IMG/VR virus record: IMGVR_UViG_3300042567_001420
Strand: one strand, 5' to 3'
Source: a virus
Taxonomy: Duplodnaviria; Caudoviricetes
DNA: 64,000 nucleotides
Part shown: piece after piece, positions 48,452 through 54,342 of the stretch
How positions within the stretch are numbered: position 1 is the stretch's first letter
How the letters are laid out: each line of letters starts with the position of its first letter
The notes under the pieces: generated by a model
Databases searched by the model: none
Seen by the model: only the letters and a program-made list of their open reading frames with translations
Told to the model about the DNA's origin: nothing
Program-made: the position numbers and the translations under genes

Positions 48452-49018
48452 ATGAATCCATACGAAGAACTTGGCGTTTCAAAAAATGCATCTACCGAAG
48501 ACATAAGACAACGGTATAGGACGCTTGCGCAATTCCATCATCCTGACAAAGGAGGAGATGAGGAAGTATTCAAACGCATAAAACTTGCATATGAAATTCT
48601 AAGCGATTTTATTCGTAGAAAAGAATATGATAAAACAGGAAATATTTTAGAATCTCGTGGCACCAGAGGTGAAGCGCTTGAACGTATTGCTCAAATGCTA
48701 TTTAGTATTGTTCCAAACTTTAATCCAGAACATGATAATTTAATTGTACTAATGACTAACGAAGTCATAGCTGTCAAAAATGGGGTGATGCAAAATATAG
48801 ATAGTTGCAATAATCATTTGCAAAAACTCAGTAGGGTTATTGAACGTCTTTCTATTAAGACTGCGGATGAGAATATCATATTGCAGTTCCTAGAAAAGCA
48901 TGTGGAAATTCGCAAACAAGAGAATCTAGAATTAAAAAGAAGACTAGAAGTCTGCGATGTTGTTATCGAAATACTAAAAGATTACGAATACGGGCTAATT
49001 AGCTTGCCCGATATGTAA
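48452..49018 (+). CDS. J-domain (DnaJ-like) protein
   Basis: MNPYEELGV...YRTLAQFHHPDKGG...FKRIKLAYEILSD; start reassigned. Confidence 0.85.
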   Translation: MNPYEELGVSKNASTEDIRQRYRTLAQFHHPDKGGDEEVFKRIKLAYEILSDFIRRKEYDKTGNILESRGTRGEALERIAQMLFSIVPNFNPEHDNLIVLMTNEVIAVKNGVMQNIDSCNNHLQKLSRVIERLSIKTADENIILQFLEKHVEIRKQENLELKRRLEVCDVVIEILKDYEYGLISLPDM

Positions 49019-49107
49019 TGGCGGAGAGTGTGGGAATCGAACCCACTCACCGGTATAAGCCGATGACAGATTAGCAATCTGCTGCATTACCATCCTGCCC
49101 ACTCTCC
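49019..49107 (-). tRNA. tRNA-Ser(GCT)
   Basis: Long variable arm, GCAGA-TT-GCT-AA-TCTGT. Confidence 0.95.
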
Positions 49108-49111
49108 TATA

Positions 49112-49199
49112 TGGCGGAAACGGTGAGATTCGAACTCACGGATCCTTTCGAATCGCTAGTTTTCAAGACTAGAGCCATAGACCACTCGACCACATTTCC
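49112..49199 (-). tRNA. tRNA-Ser(TGA)
   Basis: Long variable arm, CTAGT-CT-TGA-AA-ACTAG. Confidence 0.95.
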
Positions 49200-49378
49200 T
49201 AAATTCTTTTTTCTTCTACTTGTCGTAACGAATCTTTTCGGATTAGAAATTTTCTGCTATTCTCGATACGCCTAACGTGCAAATACTCTACTCCATCAAT
49301 CAATTGTACATTCTTTAAATTGTCACAATAAAACTTTTCAGTCTTATTGAATTGATTTTCAAATATAACTACTTTCAT
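49199..49378 (-). CDS. Small hypothetical protein (59 aa)
   Basis: MKVVIFENQ..., SD AAGGAG; the stop TAG shares its G with position 1 of tRNA-Ser. Confidence 0.65.
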   Translation of the reverse strand: MKVVIFENQFNKTEKFYCDNLKNVQLIDGVEYLHVRRIENSRKFLIRKDSLRQVEEKRI

Positions 49379-49393
49379 ATTTGCTCCTTTAAA

Positions 49394-49470
49394 TGGCCGG
49401 ACCGGAGAGATTCGAACTCCCAACCTCAAGTTTCGAAGACTTGCTTTCTATCCAATTGAATTACGGTCCG
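49394..49470 (-). tRNA. tRNA-Arg(TCG)
   Basis: CAAGT-CT-TCG-AA-ACTTG, CCA. Confidence 0.9.
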
Positions 49471-49472
49471 TT

Positions 49473-49546
49473 TGGCAGAGGGTACAAGAATCGAACTTGT
49501 GATCTCGGAATCAAAATCCGATGTTATGCCATTTAACTAACCCCCA
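49473..49546 (-). tRNA. tRNA-Gln(TTG)
   Basis: TCGGA-TT-TTG-AT-TCCGA. Confidence 0.9.
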
Positions 49547-49549
49547 ATA

Positions 49550-49819
49550 TTATTCTTCTTCAATAACAGCAAGAACATCTTCTTCATTAATAATGCCTAA
49601 GAATTCTTCACCATTTTTGAATGGTTTTACTTTGCTCCATGACAAGTAAATTTTATCGCCTGCTTTTACTTCTTGAACATCTGGCCCTACAGAAACAACA
49701 ATACTAATTCTAGTATCATTAGATGCAAGTGCACCTTGTAGGATAATGCCACTTTCAGTTTCTTCAGGAAGTTTTTCTTCGCGAATAACAATACGATCAT
49801 GCAATGGAATAAAGTTCAT
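49550..49819 (-). CDS. groES: Co-chaperonin GroES
   Basis: PLHDRIVI...TESGIIL...VSVGPD...VKAGDKI...EEDVLAVI. Confidence 0.9.
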   Translation of the reverse strand: MNFIPLHDRIVIREEKLPEETESGIILQGALASNDTRISIVVSVGPDVQEVKAGDKIYLSWSKVKPFKNGEEFLGIINEEDVLAVIEEE

Positions 49820-49842
49820 AATTTTCTTTCTAAAAAATAAAG

Positions 49843-49917
49843 TGGTCCGGCGACCAGGAATCGAACCTGGATTGATAGCTTAGAAGGCTACTGTTCTATC
49901 CATTGAACTACCGCCAG
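49843..49917 (-). tRNA. tRNA-Arg(TCT)
   Basis: GTAGC-CT-TCT-AA-GCTAT. Confidence 0.95.
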
Positions 49918-49923
49918 ATGTTT

Positions 49924-49998
49924 TGGTGCCGACTATCGGATTCGAACTGATGACCTATCGCTTACAAGGCGATTGCACTACCACTGTGCTAAGTCGGC
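49924..49998 (-). tRNA. tRNA-Thr(TGT)
   Basis: ATCGC-CT-TGT-AA-GCGAT. Confidence 0.95.
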
Positions 49999-50005
49999 AA
50001 AATTT

Positions 50006-50034
50006 ATTATAACATACTAGACATCATATGTCAA
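50006..50034 (-). promoter_or_regulatory. sigma70-type early promoter
   Basis: TTGACA-N17-TATAAT inside the tRNA array. Confidence 0.85.
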
Positions 50035-50042
50035 GCATTATT

Positions 50043-50116
50043 TGGCATCCCCCAAGAGACTCGAACTCTTACTAACGGTTTTGGAGACCGTGGTGCTGCC
50101 ATTACACTAGGGAGAA
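50043..50116 (-). tRNA. tRNA-Trp(CCA)
   Basis: ACGGT-CT-CCA-AA-ACCGT. Confidence 0.9.
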
Positions 50117-50122
50117 ATAATT

Positions 50123-50198
50123 TGGTACGCGGTGACGGGTTCGAACCGCCGACATTCTGCGTGTAAGGCAGACGCTCTACCAACTGAGCTAACCGCGC
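50123..50198 (-). tRNA. tRNA-Val(TAC)
   Basis: TCTGC-CT-TAC-AC-GCAGA. Confidence 0.95.
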
Positions 50199-50200
50199 AT

Positions 50201-50275
50201 TGGTGGTGATAGTAAGAATCGAACTTACACTGAACAGCGTATGAAGCTGGTGCACTACCGTTATGCTATATCACC
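50201..50275 (-). tRNA. tRNA-Met(CAT), elongator type
   Basis: CAGC-TT-CAT-AC-GCTG; G1:C72 paired, no GGG/CCC initiator stem. Confidence 0.85.
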
Positions 50276-50279
50276 GGAA

Positions 50280-50353
50280 GATTGGGAGTGAGAGTCGAAC
50301 TCACATTACGCGGCTTATACATCCCCGTTTCTAACCAATTGAAATATCCCAAT
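50280..50353 (-). pseudogene. Degenerate tRNA-like gene (TAT at the anticodon position)
   Basis: Intact acceptor (ATTGGGA/TCCCAAT), D and T arms; anticodon stem has 2 mismatches; no CCA. Confidence 0.6.
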
Positions 50354-50359
50354 CTAATC

Positions 50360-50435
50360 TGGGCAGAAGTATGGGAATCGAACCCATATTAACGGAATCA
50401 CAATCCGTGGTGTTAACCGTTACACTAACAACTGC
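50360..50435 (-). tRNA. tRNA-His(GTG)
   Basis: ACGGA-TT-GTG-AT-TCCGT, G-1:C73; two T-T mismatches in the acceptor stem. Confidence 0.85.
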
Positions 50436-50440
50436 ATATT

Positions 50441-50534
50441 ACCATATAGAAACACTCTTGTTTGGATTCGAACCTTGTTCTAGTATTGTCTATCTGCGCT
50501 TCCCACAGTGCTGACAAGAGTGCTTTTATATGGT
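50441..50534 (-). ncRNA. Long-stem spacer RNA element with a T-loop-like GGTTCGAATCC
   Basis: About 21-bp closing stem ACCATATAAAAGCACTCTTGT/ACAAGAGTGTTTCTATATGGT that includes the tRNA-Lys CCA. Confidence 0.5.
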
Positions 50535-50606
50535 ACGAGTAGGGGGATTCGAACCCACGACCAATAGATTAAAAGTCTACTGCTCTACCAACTGAGCTAT
50601 ACTCGC
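50531..50606 (-). tRNA. tRNA-Lys(TTT)
   Basis: GTAGA-CT-TTT-AA-TCTAT. Confidence 0.95.
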
Positions 50607-50717
50607 ATTATGTTGCCTTCGCAAAGCTTTGTTGCTTTTACGATGGACTCCCGCTTTGCGTTGTAAAGCCAAAACAACGAAACGGTTACGTTGCTTGACG
50701 ATTATCTTGTGTTTCAT
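50577..50717 (-). CDS. 46-aa basic small ORF ending inside tRNA-Lys (not in the ORF track)
   Basis: SD AAGGAG; MKHKIIVKQRNRFVVLALQRKAGVHRKSNKALRRQHNASIAQLVEQ*. Confidence 0.6.
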   Translation of the reverse strand: MKHKIIVKQRNRFVVLALQRKAGVHRKSNKALRRQHNASIAQLVEQ

Positions 50718-50743
50718 AACTGCTCCTTGTTAAAAATTAAAAA

Positions 50744-50828
50744 TGGTGGAGATGATTGGGATCGAACCAATTGTGACGTGAGTCGGAAGATTTACAGTCT
50801 CCTGCCATACCATTACGGCGGCATCTCC
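50744..50828 (-). tRNA. tRNA-Tyr(GTA)
   Basis: Long variable arm, GGAGA-CT-GTA-AA-TCTTC. Confidence 0.95.
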
Positions 50829-50833
50829 AAATT

Positions 50834-50909
50834 TGGCTGGCCAACCTGGGCTCGAACCAGGGACATTTTGATTAACAGTCAAACGCTCTACCAACTGAGC
50901 TATAGGCCA
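50834..50909 (-). tRNA. tRNA-Asn(GTT)
   Basis: TTTGA-CT-GTT-AA-TCAAA. Confidence 0.95.
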
Positions 50910-50919
50910 ATAAAAACTA

Positions 50920-50993
50920 TGGTCTCGGTAGGAAGAATCGAACTTCCGTCTCATGGTCCCAAACCACGAATTCTACCATTAAACTACACCGAG
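50920..50993 (-). tRNA. tRNA-Pro(TGG)
   Basis: CGTGG-TT-TGG-GA-CCATG. Confidence 0.9.
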
Positions 50994-51001
50994 TTAAAAA
51001 T

Positions 51002-51077
51002 TGGTGGAGGAGACAGGGATCGAACCTGCGACCTATTGCTTGCAAAGCAACCGCTCTCCCAACTGAGCTACACCCCC
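51002..51077 (-). tRNA. tRNA-Ala(TGC)
   Basis: G3:T70 identity pair, TTGC-TT-TGC-AA-GCAA. Confidence 0.95.
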
Positions 51078-51171
51078 ATATTGAAACACTCTCGTTCTCC
51101 ATACCTTCTTGGGGATCAATCAAGGTCTTACTTCTTAGAACCTGCGTCCAGTTTAGAATGTTTCAATATGG
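51076..51171 (-). ncRNA. Second long-stem spacer RNA element
   Basis: 17-bp stem CCATATTGAAACATTCT/AGAGTGTTTCAATATGG; 3' arm differs at 1 of 17 positions from the 50441 element. Confidence 0.5.
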
Positions 51172-51245
51172 TGCCTAAGGAGAGACTCGAACTCTCAAAA
51201 TTTGGCTTCTAAGACCAACACGTATACCAATTCCGTCACCTAGGC
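51169..51245 (-). tRNA. tRNA-Leu(TAG) with a short variable loop
   Basis: TTGGT-CT-TAG-AA-GCCAA; variable region only ATTTT; 77 nt. Confidence 0.85.
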
Positions 51246-51526
51246 AAATGCTCTGCGTCCTCCGGCGGTAATTATAGTACAAAAAAATATGACGCTATCA
51301 TATTCCCCATGCGTACCTTCCACCCGCTCCCCGACAAGGACCGCTCTCGTGCTGCCAACGGCCTTTAGGTAAAAAGACTACCACCCTTGAGTGACGAACT
51401 CACTTCGCTTCGTATGGGTCATACTAGCCAGACGTTACTCCGGCGGGTTCTAAAATGGTTGGTCCCACTTTGAGGTGCCATTTAACTTAGACTCTCTTTA
51501 TGCATTTATAGACTAAGACCATAACT
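51246..51526 (-). ncRNA. Structured non-coding RNA (GOLLD-like candidate, 3' part)
   Basis: 280-nt spacer richer in GC than its flanks, no convincing ORF; stems AAATGG/CCATTT, GCCGGA/TCTGGC, GTATG/CATAC, AGTGA/TCACT, AATATGA/TCATATT; family assignment not tested. Confidence 0.5.
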
Positions 51527-51602
51527 TGGCGGTCTGTAGGGAATTCGAATCCCTGCTACAAGCGTGACAGGCTCGCGTGCTTACCGCTAACACTAACAGA
51601 CC
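51527..51602 (-). tRNA. tRNA-Asp(GTC)
   Basis: CGAGC-CT-GTC-AC-GCTTG. Confidence 0.95.
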
Positions 51603-51612
51603 AAAAACTTTT

Positions 51613-51806
51613 TAATTGGGGGACTACGCATATCTCACAAGACCGTCTCTTGTGCCTTCTGCCTCAACATTACAGGCCCACATACTCCAGCGTGACCACC
51701 GTATCAACCTTGCGGCTTCGTTTCCATCTTTCGTGTAATATAAAAGCTCTAGTCCGTCGACTTGAACACTTGTTATATTACCTACTGGTGAGGGTAACCC
51801 CAATTA
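51613..51806 (-). ncRNA. Structured non-coding RNA with its own promoter
   Basis: 9-bp closing stem TAATTGGGG/CCCCAATTA; internal CACAAGA/TCTTGTG, ATATTACA/TGTAATGT, GCC-GCAA-GGT; starts right after the promoter at 51816-51844. Confidence 0.55.
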
Positions 51807-51815
51807 ATTAACTTA

Positions 51816-51844
51816 ATTATAACATCTTAACACACTTGTGTCAA
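51816..51844 (-). promoter_or_regulatory. sigma70-type early promoter
   Basis: TTGACA-N17-TATAAT. Confidence 0.85.
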
Positions 51845-51854
51845 GCATTATTTT

Positions 51855-51932
51855 TGGAACCTAGAGTCAGATTCGAACTGACGATCTTACGGATTTGCAA
51901 TCCGTTGCATTTGACCACTCTGCCATCTAGGC
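51855..51932 (-). tRNA. tRNA-Cys(GCA)
   Basis: ACGGA-TT-GCA-AA-TCCGT, U73. Confidence 0.9.
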
Positions 51933-51970
51933 GTACCATTATTTTATACACTTGGTAATGCACAAAATAA

Positions 51971-52046
51971 TGGCGTCCCGTACCAGATTCGAACTGGTGT
52001 AGTCACCGTGAAAGGGTGGTGTCCTAGGCCTCTAGACGAACGGGAC
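51971..52046 (-). tRNA. tRNA-Glu(TTC)
   Basis: CACC-CT-TTC-AC-GGTG. Confidence 0.95.
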
Positions 52047-52051
52047 AAAAT

Positions 52052-52125
52052 TGGTATCCAGTAGAGGTAACGCTCCTCTGTCTCTGGCTTATCAAGCCAT
52101 TGCTCTACTATTGAGCTAACCGGAT
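52052..52125 (-). tRNA. tRNA-Ile(GAT) with a non-canonical T-loop
   Basis: TGGC-TT-GAT-AA-GCCA; T arm AGAGG-AGCGTTA-CCTCT. Confidence 0.8.
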
Positions 52126-52186
52126 ACAATAATATCATGCGCAAATTTTAAAAGAACTTAGCTTAAATAACGATCTATTTAAACTT

Positions 52187-52215
52187 ATTATAACATCTTT
52201 TAGTATCCTTGTCAA
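52187..52215 (-). promoter_or_regulatory. sigma70-type early promoter at the head of the tRNA array
   Basis: TTGACA-N17-TATAAT. Confidence 0.85.
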
Positions 52216-52240
52216 ATGTAAGGGTACTAAAGCATACTAC

Positions 52241-52278
52241 AAAAGAAAAACCCTCGGACTGTAGAAGTGCCGAGGGTT
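52241..52278 (-). terminator. Intrinsic terminator (candidate attenuator)
   Basis: AACCCTCGG-CACTTCTACAGT-CCGAGGGTT followed by TTTCTTTT. Confidence 0.85.
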
Positions 52279-52307
52279 CTAAGATAAACTTGTATGAAAT
52301 TTAAATT

Positions 52308-52415
52308 CTAACCCTGAAGCACACTCCATGAATTTTTGTCTGCAACGCGCTCTGACGTTCCAATATAAGAAGTCGGTTCTTGATGCTGACAGAAAAGGTT
52401 AAATTTATTGTTCAT
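52308..52415 (-). CDS. 35-aa candidate leader peptide containing all 20 amino acids (not in the ORF track)
   Basis: MNNKFNLFCQHQEPTSYIGTSERVADKNSWSVLQG*; ATG 5 nt after TATAAATA; stop 30 nt before the terminator. Confidence 0.65.
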   Translation of the reverse strand: MNNKFNLFCQHQEPTSYIGTSERVADKNSWSVLQG

Positions 52416-52420
52416 AAAAA

Positions 52421-52428
52421 TATTTATA
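52421..52428 (-). promoter_or_regulatory. T4-type late promoter TATAAATA giving a probable leaderless transcript
   Basis: TATAAATA-TTTTT-ATG places the expected +1 on or next to the A of ATG. Confidence 0.7.
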
Positions 52429-52462
52429 CATCTCGGCACCGTCTTACTGGTGCTTTTAAAAA

Positions 52463-52876
52463 TTAAATTGGCGCGTCTTCCAACTCAGCCAACTGTTTCA
52501 ATTCTTCAAGTTCCAAGTCATCCTCGACAACTTTTGCCTTGACTACTTTAGGTGCTGCTACTTTCGCAGGAGCAACTGTCTTTGCCTTTACAGGTGCTGC
52601 TTTAGCTTTTGCCTTAACTGGCTTGCTAATAACTGTACCTTGTTTCTTGCCCATTGTCTCGATGATGAGACCAGACCATTGTTCAAAGACACCGCCTGTA
52701 TCAAGAAGATACTGACATGCTTCGGACTTTGTCATGCCTCTTGGCAACTCAATCAACTCCAAAGGAGAGTGACCACCTTTAGACAAGAGTTTGTATCGAG
52801 ATACCATGTCATTGGCAAAACGAACTTTAGTGATACCGTACTGTGTAGAAACGCCGGCTACTGTGAATGTACTCAT
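52463..52876 (-). CDS. Hypothetical protein with a Lys/Ala/Pro-rich tail
   Basis: MSTFTVAGVS...KVRFAND; early promoter upstream. Confidence 0.75.
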   Translation of the reverse strand: MSTFTVAGVSTQYGITKVRFANDMVSRYKLLSKGGHSPLELIELPRGMTKSEACQYLLDTGGVFEQWSGLIIETMGKKQGTVISKPVKAKAKAAPVKAKTVAPAKVAAPKVVKAKVVEDDLELEELKQLAELEDAPI

Positions 52877-52925
52877 AATATAGATCCTTCAAAAAAATGT
52901 AAAAATTAACAACTTCACAATTCAT

Positions 52926-52954
52926 ATTATATAGCCTTTCGGCTGGCCTGTCAA
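52926..52954 (-). promoter_or_regulatory. sigma70-type early promoter
   Basis: TTGACA-N17-TATAAT. Confidence 0.85.
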
Positions 52955-53334
52955 GCATTTTGGATAAATTCTTTAACTTTATTTGCATGCTTGCAAGTTC
53001 TACGGAATTGAAATCCTACACAACTACAGGAAACAATACCGTTATCTGAAACGACATTATATACATGCCCTTTCGATTTTGATTTAATCCTGAATATACG
53101 AGTTTCTACTCGATTATCTGGAAAATCAAATCCAACAATAAATCGCTTATTAATATGGGATGTAGGATATTCTGGATTACCTGTATATACAGAGACATAA
53201 TCATTATCTAACCATTTAGGATTATTAACGACTTTACCTTTGAATATATTATCCTGATATTCTTCACCCAATATATTCGATTTCCACCGAGTTTGAATCT
53301 CGACTTCTGCACCGATTGAAAAGTTCTTTATCAT
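52951..53334 (-). CDS. SWIM zinc-finger protein
   Basis: YNV...SCSCVGFQFRRTCKH (CxC...CxH). Confidence 0.75.
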   Translation of the reverse strand: MIKNFSIGAEVEIQTRWKSNILGEEYQDNIFKGKVVNNPKWLDNDYVSVYTGNPEYPTSHINKRFIVGFDFPDNRVETRIFRIKSKSKGHVYNVVSDNGIVSCSCVGFQFRRTCKHANKVKEFIQNA

Positions 53335-53340
53335 ATGCTT

Positions 53341-53369
53341 ATTATAACAGAAAAAAGAACCCGAGTCAA
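53341..53369 (-). promoter_or_regulatory. sigma70-type early promoter
   Basis: TTGACT-N17-TATAAT. Confidence 0.75.
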
Positions 53370-53382
53370 ATGCTCGGGTTCT
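53351..53382 (-). terminator. Intrinsic terminator
   Basis: AGAACCCGAG-CATTTGA-CTCGGGTTCT followed by TTTTT. Confidence 0.8.
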
Positions 53383-53422
53383 ACGGTGTTGTTCTAGGAC
53401 AACGGTTAATTTTGCTTAAAAA

Positions 53423-53581
53423 TTAAGCATTTTCCTCTTTTTCTATAACGCCTTCTGATTCGAAAAAGTCCAACGTGTCATCTACGCCTTTGTTGTGTCC
53501 CCATTTGTAACAGGCAAAACAAGCTGCTAACATTAGAGAAATTTGAATTAGGTCATATAACGAAAATGTAATACTTTCCAT
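53423..53581 (-). CDS. 52-aa membrane protein (not in the ORF track)
   Basis: MESITFSLYDLIQISLMLAACFACYKWGHNKGVDDTLDFFESEGVIEKEENA*; SD AGGAG. Confidence 0.65.
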   Translation of the reverse strand: MESITFSLYDLIQISLMLAACFACYKWGHNKGVDDTLDFFESEGVIEKEENA

Positions 53582-53597
53582 ACCGTGCTCCTTTTAA

Positions 53598-54101
53598 TTA
53601 TTCTTTTAACGACTCCTCTGTGAACCAATCTGCGTGCTTCTGCCTTAGATTTTTAAATTGGTCATGTTCCACTAAAAATTTTGCAACAAGACTATTTTCC
53701 AAACCATAGGCTTCTATTTCCCAAGGTTGGTCCCAGTAGGATGTATCATCATCATATTTTTCACCAAACCATAATGTTATATACTTATCTTTTTTAAACT
53801 TATCTTTAGCTTCGCCCTTGGCATGTTGCTTCACATGAACCATCTCATGTGCCAGGACCTTGAACATATTAATCTTTTTTCGTGTCCTTAAAAGTTCAAT
53901 GTTAAATTCTCTTGGATTGCCGGCTGGATCAATTTCGTAATCACAAAAGCCGCCGGCGTCTAGCTTGTCACGTACAATAATTTTAATAGATAAGTGTTTG
54001 GTCAATTGTGGGGACATTAAATTTTTGGCAAATGAATCGGCAGCTAACTTTAGTAAATACACTAACATTCTATCTCTTGCATTTCTAACGGAAACCTTCA
54101 T
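53598..54101 (-). CDS. Zincin-like metallopeptidase
   Basis: VLAHEMVHVKQ (HExxH), YWDQPWEIEAY; start MKVSV after GGAGG. Confidence 0.8.
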   Translation of the reverse strand: MKVSVRNARDRMLVYLLKLAADSFAKNLMSPQLTKHLSIKIIVRDKLDAGGFCDYEIDPAGNPREFNIELLRTRKKINMFKVLAHEMVHVKQHAKGEAKDKFKKDKYITLWFGEKYDDDTSYWDQPWEIEAYGLENSLVAKFLVEHDQFKNLRQKHADWFTEESLKE

Positions 54102-54119
54102 TTTATTGTCCTCCACTTT

Positions 54120-54127
54120 TATTTATA
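54120..54127 (-). promoter_or_regulatory. T4-type late promoter TATAAATA
   Basis: Exact consensus upstream of the SD of the peptidase gene. Confidence 0.65.
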
Positions 54128-54132
54128 ACGCT

Positions 54133-54312
54133 TTAGTCGGTGAAGTGATTCGGTTCCTCACCATATAGTTTAGATAAATTCTCGCCGTAAACTTCACTCT
54201 CAGATTTCAATATACTATCTGTAGATGATCTAGGTCCGTTTTCAATGACTTCTTGCAGAAACCCTGGCTTATTTGTTTCAATAAGTGTTTCGGGATTTGT
54301 TTTAGTTTGCAT
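54133..54312 (-). CDS. 59-aa hypothetical protein (not in the ORF track)
   Basis: MQTKTNPETLIETNKPGF...NHFTD*; SD CAGGAG. Confidence 0.55.
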   Translation of the reverse strand: MQTKTNPETLIETNKPGFLQEVIENGPRSSTDSILKSESEVYGENLSKLYGEEPNHFTD

Positions 54313-54342
54313 TAGTTTCTCCTGTTGAGTTACAAATAATAT

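Noticed and set aside
51246-51806. tmRNA, RNase P RNA, hammerhead or HDV-like (theta) ribozyme identity for the structured spacers
   Set aside because: I found no tmRNA acceptor/T-arm ends, no RNase P P4 motif, no CUGAUGA/GAAA core and no convincing HDV nested pseudoknot by eye; a covariance search is needed to exclude them fully.
50031-52144. ORF-track entries 50031-50255, 50691-51212, 50730-50954, 50917-51123 and 51944-52144
   Set aside because: They are translations of tRNA genes.
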